Origin: Octopus sinensis
Lineage: Eukaryota
Direction of reading: 5' to 3'
DNA length: 64,000 bases
NCBI RefSeq assembly: GCF_006345805.1
Contig: NC_043021.1
Coordinates: 3,720,001-3,784,000, forward strand
The notes beneath the pieces are model-generated. The model saw only the letters and a list, made by a program, of their open reading frames with translations. It was not told the origin of the DNA and did no database searches. Made by a program: the position numbers and the translations under genes. Shown piece after piece: positions 38,676 through 52,169 of the stretch (position 1 is its first letter; every line of letters starts with the position of its first letter).

Positions 38676-38872
38676 GGGAGGCGCAATGGCCCAGTGGTTA
38701 GGGCAGCGGACTCGCGGTCGTAAGATCGTGGTTTCGATTCCCAGACCGGGCGTTGTGAGTGTTTATTGAGTGAAAACACCTAAAGCTCCACGAGTCTCTG
38801 GCAGGGGATGGTGGTGATCCCTGCTGTACTCTTTCACCACAACTTTCTCTCACTCTTACTTCCTGTTTCCAT
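38676..38872 (+). mobile_element. 3'-truncated SINE family C with a 13-bp TSD, ~30 bp downstream of the exon 5 donor
   Basis: TSD TTTCTTATCTGAG at 38662-38674 and 38875-38887. Confidence 0.85.
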
Positions 38873-41800
38873 TTTTTCTTATCTGAGATATTAAGAAATC
38901 ATCAAGGTAATTGCTTAATTGTTATGTTGTTTTTGTCTAGCCTCAAGCCACTCTTGTTCAAGCAGACCTCCGGATGGCTCAAAGCATACCAGCCACAACG
39001 CTACAGTCTTTCTTGCGGACATATTGTAAATACATGAGTAAGATACAGATATTAATTGGAGCAGCATGAGAGCCCCCGCTTCTACATGGATGCTTAATTT
39101 TCTAGATAGAGCAGCATTTTCTTCCAAGTCACACACTATTGTCATAAAAAAACATTAATCATCCAATGAGTAATTTCTGGTTTGTGAAGGTGCATGGCTC
39201 AGTGGTTAGAGCATCAGGCTCACAATCATGAGGCAATGAGTTCGATTCCCAGACCTGGTTGTGTGTTGTGTTCTTGAGCAAGACACTTTATTTCACATTA
39301 CTCCAGTTCATTCAGCCGTAGAAATGAGTTGCGATGTCACTGGTGCCAAGCTGTATCGGCCCCTTTGCCTTTCCCTTGGATAACATTGATGATGTGGAGA
39401 GGGAGGCTGGTTGGTATCCATGGGCAACTGCTGGTCTTCCATAAATAACCTTGCTTGGACTTGTGCTTCAGAGGCTGCAATCATGACTGAATGGGGTCTT
39501 TGCCCATAGTTTCTTGTTTAAGACAGTAGTGTGTGGTTTGAGGAGATTTAGCTGCTATTTCTTGTAGGCCAAGTAGCAGTGTAGACACCCTTATTGGCTT
39601 GTAATTGCTTAGTCTTGCACGTATGCATGCTCACCATGCACAGCTGTATGTACCGTCACAGTAGAAACAAACTTGTGTATTGCAACAACAGGTTGTGCTT
39701 AAACAAGGCAATCAGTTGGCAGAGTGGTAAGATCATTAGATAGATTATTTAGCAGCAACTGGTTCTCTGTTCTCTGAGTTCAATTCCTACCAAAGTCAAC
39801 TTTCCTTTTCATCCTTTTGGGGTTGATTCTCCTGAAGGGTTTCTGGAGAATGCATAACCCAGAGATCAGGGGACCGTTCTAAGCCAAACCACTTCTCTGC
39901 ATTGAGAGATTAAAAAACTCAGATACTGCAGACTTGTGGCTAAGAACGACCGAGGAAAGAATTGTAGGACATTTTACAACAGGGGCCAACCAACAAGAAT
40001 TCTAGTGCAGACCATGAGTGAGATGAGTGCATTATACCCCTATCTTTGGCTGGTCTTACTTTAGGGATCTAGCTGGAATATTTGCTGGTGGTTATTGGCC
40101 CTCAGTTGCTCCCTCCCCTTTCCTACATGGGCCCCGCAGAAATGCTGGACTATGAAGATGGATGGATATCGAGGAACAGCGGAAACAGTTTCTAATCACT
40201 TGTTTACTGCATTTCTGGCAGTGAAGGAAGACTCTGTGCCACTCAGGCACAACAAATGCTAACTGCATATTTCTATTCAAAAGCACTGTTTTTTTTCCAG
40301 TTTTCTAGCCAATCTTTATCTTGTTTATTGATCATACATCAACATATGATATCCACACCACACACACACACACACAATGGACTTCTTTCACCTTCCATCT
40401 ACCAAATCTACTCACAAGGGTTTTTGGTTGGCTCAAGGCGATAGTAGAAGATTCTTGCCCCAAGTGCCTCATAGCGAGACTGAACCTAGAACCATGTGGT
40501 TGGGAAGATAGCTTCTTACCACACTGCCATGCTTACACTTATGAACAATCTACACCTATATCTTTTCTGCTTGGAACTTTTTGGATATACTCTTTTACTT
40601 GTTTCAGTCATTTGACTGTGGCCATGCTGGAGTACCGCCTTTAGTCGAGCAACTCGACCCTGGGACTTATTCTTTTGTAAGCCCAGTACTTATTCTATCG
40701 GTCTCCTTTGCCGAACCGCTAAGTAACGGGGACGTAGACACACCAGCATCGGTTGTCAAGCAATGCTAGAGGGACAAACACAGATACACAAACATATACA
40801 CACACACATACATATATATACATATATACGACAGGCTTCTTTCAGTTTCTGTCTACCAAATCCACTCACAAGGCTTTGGTCGGCCCGAGGCTATAGCAGA
40901 AGACACTTGCCCAAGATGCCACGCAGTGGGACTGAACCCAGAACCATGTGGTTGGTTAGCAAGCTACTTACCACACAGCCACTCCTGCACCTATGTGGAT
41001 ATGGTGAGTTTCACAGTTGAAGAATTAGAAAAAAATGCTCAAGCAACGACCGAAATAGCTTTGTGCAACAGCAGACATTTGTGAACAACCTAATTCGCCA
41101 CTGATGGCCCATCTTTATTCTGATTGGGCCACTCTATTTTTAGTTTTGGTTAGATTTTAAAATGGGGTTTGCCAATTCCCATTGTATCTGGAATTTGGCT
41201 GAATATCAAGTCTAATATTCCAGGTAAACCTAGAATATGGCATGAGTGAGTTAATGTGTTTCTTCAATACTGTCCTTTCTGTATTTTGGCAAAGAAGGAG
41301 AAAGAATTAGAATTTGTGCATTCTTTGGAATATTTCAAAAAGAACGCTTGAGAGATTCCCTCCTCTTACATTGTATTCTCTCTTTCTTGCTTTTGTCCCC
41401 CCTTTGGTATGGGAAATTATTATATTGAATTAGAAGGTGGAGGAGAGATGCATTTATGCTACATCTGATTTTATTCATGGAACTCATTAGCCTTTGCATT
41501 TAAATGTTTGGTATGCAATGGTTATAATTCTGTTGCTCTGCTGCTTTCACCTGTTGACATTCACTTGAGGCTTAAATAATCGGTTCTCTTATGCCAAATA
41601 CTTATGACATACTCGGCCATAAAAACCATGCCAAAACAGACTTCGCTGGTGCCGCATAAAAAGCGCCCAAGCCACTCTGTAAGGTGGTTGGCATTAGGAA
41701 GGGCATCCAGCTGTAAACCCCTTGCCAAAGCAGGCCTCACCAGTGGTGGTGCCATGTAAAAAGCACCCAGGCTACTATTAACCCTCTAGTGTTTAAACCG

Positions 41801-42695
41801 GCTGTATCCGGCCCAAATATTTTACACATTTTATGCTCAAACTGGCCAGAACCAGCATCTCACACCTACCCTGCAATGTCATTCTAAAAATAAGCAATTA
41901 TATCTTTCCTATCTTGAAGCTACAAAATAATATCAGATAAACTTTTTTTAATGTGAATAAATAAGGGTTACTTTTGACAAATTAATCTGAATGCTAAAGG
42001 GTTAAAGTGGTTGGCATCAGGAAGGGCATCATGCTTTAACCCCAGTGCTAACATAGACAGTAAGGCCTAGTGCAGTCTTCTGCTTTCCAGCCCCTCTCAA
42101 ACCGTCCAACCCATGCCAGCATGGAAAAGCAAACATATGATGATGATGATGATACTCAGTGAAATAGTGATTACTTTTTGCATGTTCTAATATGGAGTTG
42201 GAAAAAAATCAAAATTATGACAAAAATTAATGATAAAAAAAGAGAAATAAGAGTGAAATAGAAAACAAAAATAAAAAATTAAATGCATTTCTATACCAAA
42301 ATGCTTTATCTGGCCAAGTCACTTGGCGTGTTGGAGTATTGACCAAAGGGTGCATGGTTCATGTCACCTGTAAGGCAGGTGTTGAACTGTCTCTCTTACC
42401 AGTAGTGGGAATACCATTAAATTGATGAATGTTTCCTTACTTTGCGGGATTGAGTTGAGCTGTACTCCATTCTCAAGTGCTTCTTGGAGTAGGGTGGCTT
42501 ATCAGGTTGACCTACTCTAAACACCCCACACAAAGAATAAAGATTCAGTGATCATGTCCCTAAGATCGAATGGGTCTTTTGCATATCCTTGCCTTTTTTT
42601 TTTTTTCTATGGCTTCAACAGGCTTCCACATATTTCCAGTCTAACAAATTCCACTCAGAAGGCTTCAGCTTTCATTTTTGTATTAGAGGTATTAA

Positions 42696-43141
42696 CCCTT
42701 TCGTTACTGTATTTATTTTGAAATGCTCTGCGTTTCTTTCAATTAATTTTAAATATAACTAAGAATTTAGTAAAATAACATGGTTATCATTAAGCTAGTG
42801 TTAGGAACATAAATTGTGACTAAGGTTTGGTGGAAGATTTTAATGAACCCTTTAGTGTTTGCATTATTCTGCCAAAATTAATCCTTTTTTATCCACATTG
42901 CTTTGAACTAATCAGGCATTATCTTGGTGCTATGAGATTTTGATGAGGTAGCTGTTAATTTTTAAAACGACATTGTAGGGTTGGTGTGAGAGACCAGATA
43001 TGGCCAGTTTGAACATAAAACAAGCAGAATACTTTTGGCCGGATATAACTGGTTTAAATGCTAAAGGGTTAAAAACTTATGGAAACAAGACATTTGTACT
43101 CAGAGCCAGAGCCAGTTTCAGCCAGGTTGGTAACAAAAGGG
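42696..43141. mobile_element. Nested piggyBac-type MITEs (inner element 42848-43068)
   Basis: Outer element TTAA|CCCTTTCGTTAC...GTAACAAAAGGG|TTAA. An uninterrupted reverse copy of the outer family lies at about 31700-31915. Confidence 0.75.
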
Positions 43142-43650
43142 TTAAAAGAGAAAGAAACGAAAATTGAGTAACATCCATGCCTTTCCCAATGGTATTACTG
43201 GTATAAAGTGAATTAGCGGTGACCGAGAACCAAAACTGGTTGCTTGATGTGGCTGACTGACTGACTGACAGCTTCTTTTTATTGTGTTCTGTGATGATTC
43301 TACTTAATACATGATTTTGTTTAAAGTTTTTTAAAAAATATTTTTGGTTTTTTGTTTACTTTTTTTTTCTCAAAATATCGTTGTTGTTTGTTTATGATAT
43401 GTATACACTCGTTTATTATGGTTACCTGCTAGGTTACAGGTGTTTGTATTGTTTGAAGTGTTTTCATGGTTGATTGCACTTCATAACCATGCATCAATTT
43501 GTAACCTTAGTAACAGAAAGTCAGAGTGATAACATTTTAGATTGCTAGATGGTTTACAATAACATCATTTAATCAATGAAGCCATTGAGGGCACAACTGC
43601 AAACTTCTTTATTATTATTATTATTATTATTATTATCATTATTATTATTA

Positions 43651-44031
43651 TTTTTTTTTTCTTCTTTCAAATTTGCTTCCATTTCTTGCCGAGTGTCTTC
43701 CCGACTCCTAGGGCAAAGAAACTCATAGTATACATTGGTAGGCCATTAAACTAAACTCAATAGTTTGTTCATTTTTTTTTTAAGTTAAATTAAAATACAT
43801 GGGTAGTAATAGTTCTCACATCGACAATGCTCTTCTCAATACGTGTGATGTACCAGTTAAGACAATCTTTTGCACTTCTTGCGGGGATGGTAAGCCAGGG
43901 ATCATTCTCATATAATTTTCAGTTCCCTTCTTGATCATTCCTAGTGCTCCTACGATCACTGGTATTGTAACCGCCTTGAGATGCCACATTTTCTCAATTT
44001 CAATGAGCAGGTCTTTATATTTTCTGAGCTT
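43651..44031 (-). mobile_element. 5'-truncated R4/Dong-like (restriction-like endonuclease) non-LTR retrotransposon in a (TAA)n tract
   Basis: KLRKYKDLLIEIEKMWHLKAVTIPVIVGALG...IVLTGTSHVLRRAL* plus 3'UTR and poly(A), with (TAA)n on both sides. Confidence 0.75.
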
Positions 44032-44045
44032 TATTATTATTATTA

Positions 44046-44085
<40 letters not shown>

Positions 44086-44318
44086 GGTGGGAAGCTGGCA
44101 GAAATGTTTGTAAGTCTAGCAGTATGCGTAACAGCATTTTTTCTGGTTCTATCATGTTCTGAGTTCAAATTCCACCAAGGTCAACTTTACTTTTCATCCT
44201 TTTGGGGTTGATAAAATAAGTTCCAGTCTAGTACTGGGGTCAATGGGATCAAATATCCTCCTTCCCACAAATTCCAGGCCTTGTGCCTATAATAGAAAGG
44301 ATTATTATAATTATTAAG

Positions 44319-44825
44319 TGAGAGAGCAGCACATGCCATCAAAGTGACAGTGGGGTAATTATTTAGGGACCTTTTGAGCAGGTGGAAGAAAATTCGAACT
44401 AGGCCCCACCTGCAAGGCCATGCACCACTTGTCTTGATATGAAGTCACCATGTCATGCACATGTGGTTGTGGTGTATGTGCTTAGTGTACCTATTTCTTT
44501 ACTACCCACAAGGGGCTAAACATAGAGGGGACAAACAAGGACAGACAAATGGATTAAGTCTATTACATCGCCCCCAGTGCGTAACTGGTACTTAATTTAT
44601 CGACCCTGAAAGCATGAAAGGCAAAGTCGACCTCGGCGGAATTTGAACTTAGAACGTAACGGCAGACGAAATACGGCTACACATTTTGCCCGGCGTGCTA
44701 ACGATTCTGCCAGCTCGCCGCCTTGTGATTAGTGTACCCTTATCAGGTGGGTAGTCATGATGGGTATTTTGGGCTTCATATATTTGTACCCCAACATCTC
44801 TTTGATGGTGTGTGCTGCTCTCTCA
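44319..44825. mobile_element. Element with ~30-bp inverted ends (TGAGAGAGCAGCACA..CCATCAAAG), interrupted by SINE B at 44490-44722
   Basis: Inverted termini are visible. The SINE has a ~14-bp TSD, GTG(C/A)TTAGTGTACC. Confidence 0.6.
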
Positions 44826-46219
44826 TTCAATAATAATAATAACGAGCTTATTATACTGTAAAGTATCAGACTACAAAAGAAAAGAAATCAACTGACTAAG
44901 ACATGATATCAAGACTTACAAAGTTCATAGGCCTTGATATCAAATCTTCTGCTGATGTTTAATGTGTTTTTAAAGTACACCTCATTTCACAAACACAAAC
45001 TCTAGTTAACCTCATTATTGTGAATAGAAACAAGTTCTTCTAGTAATATCACACCTGTGATTGACTGGTGTCCTATACCTGGGGAGATTTATTGCTCATC
45101 TGCTTCATGACTTGAAACCGGACCTGTGTGAGGGTGGGTTCGAATGAAAGTTGAGCGAGGGGATAGTCGATCACATCGACCCCAGTACACAACTGGTACT
45201 TATTTTATCAACCCTTGAAAGGATGAAAGGTAAAGTCAATGTCAGCAGAATAATAATAATAATAATCACTACTTTTGGTCATCTTGGGAAATACATGAAT
45301 GTTACAGCGTCCCCTTTCATTCCCTTATAAAATGTATGTTTATATGTTTATGGTAGATGCTGGTGGTCTGTGACCATCTAAAGAACTTTGACTTATTGTT
45401 CAGCTGCAGATCAGCTCTGACCAACCAAATCAATATTTGTATTATAAGACACTCCAGTTGTGACCATTCCGTCTTCCTAGGACTACATTATCAAATGTGT
45501 CCTTTTGCATCTTAGCTGCAGAGCGTGATTTGAGGGAGATGGTTTGGCTGCTATTTCTAGCAAAGTAGGCAACCACGTGGTGGTTCCCTCATCAACTCTG
45601 AAGTTTACTATTTAGTGCTGATTCATTCTTTTTCTTTCTTTTTCTTTCTTTTTCTTTCTTTTTCTTTCTTCTTTCCTCTCCCTCCTCCTTCTTTTCTTTC
45701 TACCACTCCTTTCTTTTCTTCCACTCCTTTTCTCACTTTCTAGTCAGTTCTAGTCTGTCTGTCTGTCTGTCTTCACTGAATGCAACAAATAGCATCTGCA
45801 AGTGCACAATATGCGATGCTAGAATTTGCTGCTAAACCGAAACAGAAACACAACCCTCCACCCACACAAAATACAAAAATATTACAAAAATAATAAACAA
45901 ACAAAAAAGAAAAGAAAAGAAAAGATGAAACTAAAGGAAATGATCTGTTTTCCTTGAGGAAGATGAAGAAGAGGAGGAGGAGGAAGAAGCATCTGTTGCC
46001 ACCAGCATTGCAGTATCTATTGATGCTTTGCCAAAATATTGAGCATCTTGTTGCAGCTTGCAGTATTTCTCACTTTAGTTTACTGCTTCTGCCGTTAAAT
46101 TTCCTGTGTGGCAAAGTCCAAGGATGCACCCAACCTTGGCGTTGTTGCACAATCATAACAACTGGATTAAATCTTGATAAAAATGGATAACTTTTAAAAG
46201 TGTTTTTTTTCTGCAGAGA

Positions 46220-46400
46220 GGTCAAATTTATTCAAACTTCAAAAATAATAAACAAAAGTTGTAAAGGAATGATTGTATGTCCATGGGAGAAGGAGAAACC
46301 TAGATAGAGAGGGAATTCCGGAAGGTCAACAGGCTGGAGAGAAAGAACTGGGTGTAATGATTAGCAATAGGACACTACAAAGGCGACGAGAGAAGGGAAA
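46220..46400 (-). mobile_element. CR1/L2-type LINE 3' end (second copy at 52284-52468)
   Basis: The minus strand reads TQFFLSS.LTF(W/R)NSLSI*VSPSPMDIQ, resembling the SFF..T..LWNSLP..VFP C-terminal motif. Confidence 0.6.
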
Positions 46401-46414
46401 AAAACCAAGTAGAA

Positions 46415-46488
46415 TTGCAGCTAGATCTGTCAGTAGAGTACGAGACTGTTAATCTCAGGGTTTTAGGTTCGAGCCCCCATGCAGGACG
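46415..46488 (+). pseudogene. Degenerate tRNA-Lys(CTT)-derived pseudogene (anticodon position now GTT)
   Basis: CTAGATCTGTCAGTAGAGTACGAGACTGTTAATCTCAGGGTTTTAGGTTCGAGCCCC aligns with recalled metazoan tRNA-Lys-CTT; the acceptor stem does not pair. Confidence 0.7.
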
Positions 46489-46660
46489 AACATTTTTAAA
46501 GGTGCAGGTGTGTCTGTGTGGTAAGAAGTTTGCTTACCAACCACATGGTTCCGGGTTCAGTCCCACTGTGTGGCACCTTGAGCAAGTGTCTTCTACTATA
46601 GCCTCATACCAACCATTTGGTAGATAGTGGATTTGGTAGATAGAAACTGAAAGAAGCCAA

Positions 46661-47075
46661 GGCGGCGAGCTGGCTGAAACGTTAGCACGCCAGGTGAAAT
46701 GCTTAGTGGTATTTTGTCTGCCGCTACGTTCTGAGTTCAAATTCCACCAAGGCCGACTTTGCCTTTCATCCTTTCGAGGTCGATTAAATAAGTACCAGTT
46801 ATGCACTGGGGTTGATATAATCGACTTAATCTGTTTGTCTGTCCTTGTTTGTCCCCTCTGTGTTTAGCCCCTTGTGGGTAGTAAAGAAATAGGTATTTTG
46901 TCTGCCGCTACTTTCTGAGTTCAAATTCCACCAAGGCCGACTTTGCCTGTCATCCTTTCAGGGTCGATTAAATAAGTACCAGTTATGCACTGAGGTTGAT
47001 ATAATCGACTTAATCTGTTTGTCTGTCCTTGTTTGTCCTCTCTGTGTTTAGCCCCTTGTGGGTAGTAAAGAAATA
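46661..47075 (+). mobile_element. SINE family B head-to-tail dimer inserted in a family A SINE
   Basis: Junction AAAGAAATAGGTATTT at about 46892; AGAAACTGAAAGAAG is duplicated at the flanks. Confidence 0.85.
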
Positions 47076-48082
47076 AGAAACTGAAAGAAGTGTGTTTATG
47101 TGTGCTTATGCATGTGGGTCTTTGTTTGTCTCCAGCCACCACTTCACAACCAGTGTTGGTGTGTTTGCATCCCCATAACTAAGCGGTTCTGTAAAAAAGG
47201 GGCCGATAGAATAAGTATTGGACTTAAAAAGAAAATAAGTACTGAGGGTTGATTCGTTTGATTAAAATGCCCCAAGGTGGTTGTGCTCCAGCATGGCCAC
47301 ATTCTAATGACTGAAATGAGTAAAAGATAAAAAGCTAATTCAAAACAAACAAACAAATAAAAACAAAACCAGAAGAAACTTCATCTCACCCCCATCCCCC
47401 GACCCCTTTGCCCTTAACCAGTTTTAGCCAGCACTCTGGAGCGTTTGGTCAGAGATCTCTGTGAGTTGTGTGTCCAGCAGAGCATTCAAGGTTTTGTTTG
47501 TTTATTTTCTTGTTTGGACATGTGCTGTATCTATAAATATCCAATTTTTTTTTTAATTGATTAATCCCAGTGCAGTCATCGGTCACTCGTTTGATAAATG
47601 AATGACATACATTGGCGCAGGCCTGGCTGTGTAGTTAAGAAGTCTGCTTCCCAACCACATGGTTCCGGGTTCAATCCCACTTAGTGACACCTTGGGCAAG
47701 TGCCTTCTACTACAGCCCCCAACTGACCAAAGCCTTGTGAGTGGATTTTGTAGATGGAAACTGAAAGAAGCCCATCGTGTGTGTGTGTGTTTGTGTTTGT
47801 CAATCATTACTGCTTGACAACCAGTATTGGTATGTTTACATCCCTATAACTCAGTGGCTTGGCAACAGAGACCAATAGAATAAGTACCAGGCTTTAAAAA
47901 AAACATATTCTAGGGTCAATTTATTCCCCAAGCATGGCCACAATCTAATGACTGAAACAAGTAAAAGAAAAAAAATAGAGAAAATAAATGATAAACAGGT
48001 AAATGATGGACTTTTCCATTGAAAATAACATGTGAGCATTCAGCTTTTGCTGAATGTCCTGCACAAATGATTTGCTAATGAA

Positions 48083-48994
48083 GGCGGCGAGCTGGCAGAA
48101 ACGTTAGCACGCCGGGCGAAATGCTTAGTGGTATTTCGTCTGCCGTTACGTTGCGAGTTCAAATTCTGCCGAGGTCGACTTTGGCTTTCATCCCTTCTGG
48201 GTCGATAAATTAACTATCAGTTCCGCACTGAGGTTGATGTAATCGACTTAATACCTATGTTTGTCCTTGTTTGTCCCCTCTATGTTTAGCCCCAAGTGGG
48301 TAATAAAGAAATAGGTATTTCGTCTGCCACTATGTTCTGAGTTCAAATTCTGCCAAGGTCGACTTTGCCTTTCATCCTTTCGGGGTAGATTAAATAAGTA
48401 CCAGTTACGCACTGGGGTCGATATAATCGACTCAATCCATTTGTCCTCTCTGTGTTTAGCCCCATGTGGGTAGTAAAGAAATAGGTATTTCGTCTGCTGC
48501 TACGTTCTGAGTTCAAATTCTGCCGAGGTCAACTTTGCCTTTCATCCTTTTGGGGTTGATTAAATAAGTACCAGTTATGCACTGGGGTCGATGTAATCGA
48601 CTTAATCAATTTGTCTGTCCTTGTTTGTCCCCTCTATGTTTAGCCCCTTGTGGGCAATAAAGAAATAACAATGTAGGAAAAAATAGTGCTCAAATACCGG
48701 AGGTAGAGTAATATGCTGTGTTATTAAAGCTGCAAAAATATCACAAAATATTGCCCGTTCATAAGGTGGCGAACTGGCAGAAACGTTAGCACGCCGGGCG
48801 AAATGCTTAGCAGTATTTCGTCTGCCGCTACGTTCTGAGTTCAAATTCCGCCGAGGTCGACTTTGCCTTTCATCCTTTTGGGGTCGATTAAATAAGTACC
48901 AGTTACGCACTGAGGTTGATGTAATCGACTTAATCCGTTTGTCTGTCCTTGTTTGTCCCCTCTGTGTGTGGCCCCTTCTGGGCAGTAAAGAAAT
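48083..48994 (+). mobile_element. SINE family B trimer (48083-48667) plus a monomer (48765-48994)
   Basis: Same junction at about 48313 and 48484. Confidence 0.85.
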
Positions 48995-49984
48995 AACAAA
49001 TGTTTTGTTCATAGCGATCAAATGTATGTGCTGTACATTAGCTCACCTGCCTCCATCAAATCAACATTGTCTGAACAGGTGCTTGTTATGCCACATGTCA
49101 GGTGTTGAAATGATTTGCAGAGCAACGTGAAATAAAGTGTTTTGCTTAAGAGCACAATGCACCACCCAGTCTAGGAATTGAAACCACAATTTCACGACTG
49201 AATGCAACACACTGACCACTAAGCCATGTGCCCTCATAAATGAATAATAATAATAATAATAATAATCATCATCATCATTGCCATTGTCCTTGTATACACA
49301 TCATCACTCTGTTAACTTGTATCTGTTTTTCCAAATTCCTCCATTGGAATTTTGATTTTTGTTTGATTTTTTTTTTTTTCATAAGGTTTGAAACATTTTA
49401 TAACATTCAAGAAAAGAATACTTTACAAAATAATACTCTTAGTGCCTTCCCTAATAGCTGAAGACGCCCCCTAAATTCTCACATTGTTTACATTTTAGCA
49501 AGCAATCATCTCCCACAGAAGTGCGCCAAGGATATTGATTTTTTTTTGAGGAAAACTAAAACATTAGGAGACATCCCCGAGGAATGTGACAGCGAATCTG
49601 TCAGAGTTTGTTGCTTGCGAAGATAAGCTGGGAAAAAAAAACAAAAAAAAAAATAGGAGGAGGAGAAAAAGAGATTTTCTTTGAATATTTTTCACAGAAA
49701 TTTTGCAACGACAGCATCACCACCCCATACCCCCAACAACAACAACACAATAATAAAGCTATAAACACACTTACCATCACAACCACCACCACCAACAACA
49801 ATAACAGACGTAATATACTAATTTGCAAAAGCAACATCATCAAAGCCAATAGTGATGGGTGATGGCTCCCATTTCATTATTTTTAATGGAAAGGATTTTC
49901 CAGCTCTGCCAGTTTCAAAGGAAAACAACTGCAACAGCAACAACAACAACTATAATAATGACAATGAGAATAACAGCAAAGTGT

Positions 49985-50470
49985 GTCATCGTCGTCATCA
50001 TCATCATCATCATCATCATTTAGAGTCTGTTTTTCATGTTGGCATGGGTCAGGCAGTTTGAGTGGAACTGGTAAGCCAGAGAGCTGCACTCCAATCTGTT
50101 TCTGCTTGGTTTCCACTGTTAGATGACCTTCCTGATACCAGCCACTCCACAGAGTATACCAGTTGCCGTTAATGTGTCACTGGCACAAGTGCCTTTAACA
50201 TGTCACTTGCGTAAGTGCCTTTAATCTGTTACAGGTATGGGTACTTTTAATATGTCACCAGCACAGGTGCCTTTAACATGTCACTGGCACAAGTGCCTTT
50301 AATGTGTCACTGACATAGGTGCCTCTAACGTGTCACCGACATAGGTGCCTCTAACGTGTCACAAGTGCCGGTGCCTCTAACATGTCACCAGCATGAATGT
50401 CTTTAATGTGTCACCAGCACGGGTGCCTTTAACATGATACTGGCACAGGTACCTTCACATGTCACTGGAA
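49985..50470 (-). mobile_element. RTE LINE 3'UTR fragment with an expanded ~29-bp internal tandem array (50170-50465)
   Basis: (TGA)n tail and the conserved 3' end, with about 10 copies of GTGTCACTGGCAC..GTGCCTTTAA. Confidence 0.7.
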
Positions 50471-50766
50471 TTGGCCACAAATACAATTTCCCAAAACACT
50501 AGCAAACACCAGACTGCAGACTATGAACTGTATCAAACGTCTTTTCCAGGTCAATAAACACCTGCCTCTCACTTTAACTTTCATCTTTTACTTGTTTCAG
50601 TCTTTAGACTGCGGCCATGTCAGAGCACCGTCTTCAAGAATCGACCTCACTACTTATTTTTTAAGCCTTTTTTCTTTAAGAGATTCTATTGATAGCTTTA
50701 GCTGAACCACTAAGTTATAGGAACATGAACACACCAAAGCCAGTGGTAGTGGGAACAAACACACAT

Positions 50767-50800
<34 letters not shown>

Positions 50801-52131
50801 GTGCATGTGTATGTGTGTCTTTGTATCTGTATTTATCCTTCACTCCCACTTGACAACTGGTGTTGGTGTGTTTACATCCCCATAACTTAGCAGTTTGGCA
50901 AAAGAGACCAATAGAACATCTCTTATGCAAAGCCAGAAATCTAGGATCTTGAATTATCCAGAAATATTTCTTTTGCTAGTTTATTTTGTCTCTCAGTCTA
51001 CTCTCCTAGTGCCATATGAACATTGAATGTGGCTTTAGGGTCAGGGGTTTGACTGCTATTTTCAGCATGGTGGTATCTCTCAGATACCCTAATTTATAGT
51101 TTTAAATAATCATTACCTTTGTATGGTTTTTATTCCCATTCTGGCCACTTGATAAGATTGATACTTAAATATTGATATTATCCTTATTTATATATATTTA
51201 TATATATATATATATATATAAAGTTCTGCATTTAAAAAACAAAGTTATTCTACATTTAAAAGAACTCATTTTTAACACTCAGGTTGGTTGGTCATGGCAT
51301 CTATTTACCATAATGAAATGCACATCTGTTTCTGCTACAAATCTTCTTTTCCCTCCAGTTGCAATTACACGAAGAATAAAAGAATTCTATTATCTCTTAC
51401 TATTTACCTCCTTAGATTTTGCTGAAGGGAGCTTGGTGTTTTCTTGAAGACTGGAGATTTATGTAATGTATATTTGAAATGAATTAGTTTCTAAGAGTTG
51501 GAGATGTAATATAGAATTACTTATCTTCTAGAGACTGCAGGTGAAGAAGTAGAATATCTGAATGAATTCATATTCTGTTGCAGTATCTGTGATTAGAGGT
51601 TTTGAGTTCAAATCCACTAAGAGGTATTTGGTCTGTGAACTTAATTTTACATGCTTCTGTCCACATTGTTGGGGGAGACTAGATGTCTGTGTTTTGTTTT
51701 GTGTTTTTTAATGACACTGTATGTGCATGTGCGTATATATGTGTATATGTGTGTGCACATGTGAGTGCTTGTATGTGTGTATCTGGCCCTGTGGGTCCTA
51801 GACAGTAATATCCAATGCCAGGTGAGAGGGCACTGCCTATGATCCATTGCAGGACCTCTGAGACTCATGAAAGGGAGAGAGAAAGAGAGAGAGAGAAGAT
51901 ATCTTCAAACTGGAAGCCTGGCCCCCCACCAAATGTTTGCAACAAAATGGACTCTGTTAAAAGCTCTCAAAGTGCCAGGTGGTGGTGGTATTAAACTTGG
52001 TGTGTTAGATGTTGTGAATAAAAATTTCTTGAATCAGCACTAAAATAATATTCCGTTTAATACTTTCACAATATGGTGGGGGAGAGAAAATTTTCTACAT
52101 AAAACTTAACCCATTTTTAACTTGATTTCAG

Positions 52132-52169
52132 GGCCAGTCACTGAAGTGGAAGAAACAGGCATAATCGTG
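52132..52169 (+). CDS. EFCAB5: EFCAB5 coding exon 6 (38-nt micro-exon)
   Basis: ATTTCAG acceptor and GTG|GTAAGA donor, phase 1 to 0. Completes W-PVTEVEETGIIV, matching human W-PFIEFEE after NP. Confidence 0.75.

Noticed and set aside
45950-46030. Acidic GAA/GAG run resembling an EFCAB5 exon
   Set aside because: It has only a GAG acceptor, and the required phase 1 gives an immediate TGA.
50170-50465. CRISPR-like regularly spaced repeats
   Set aside because: There are no unique spacers and no cas genes, the context is eukaryotic, and the array derives from an RTE 3'UTR motif.
51532-51583. Candidate exon after TTCTAG
   Set aside because: Joining it to exon 5 creates TAG, and the donor is weak.
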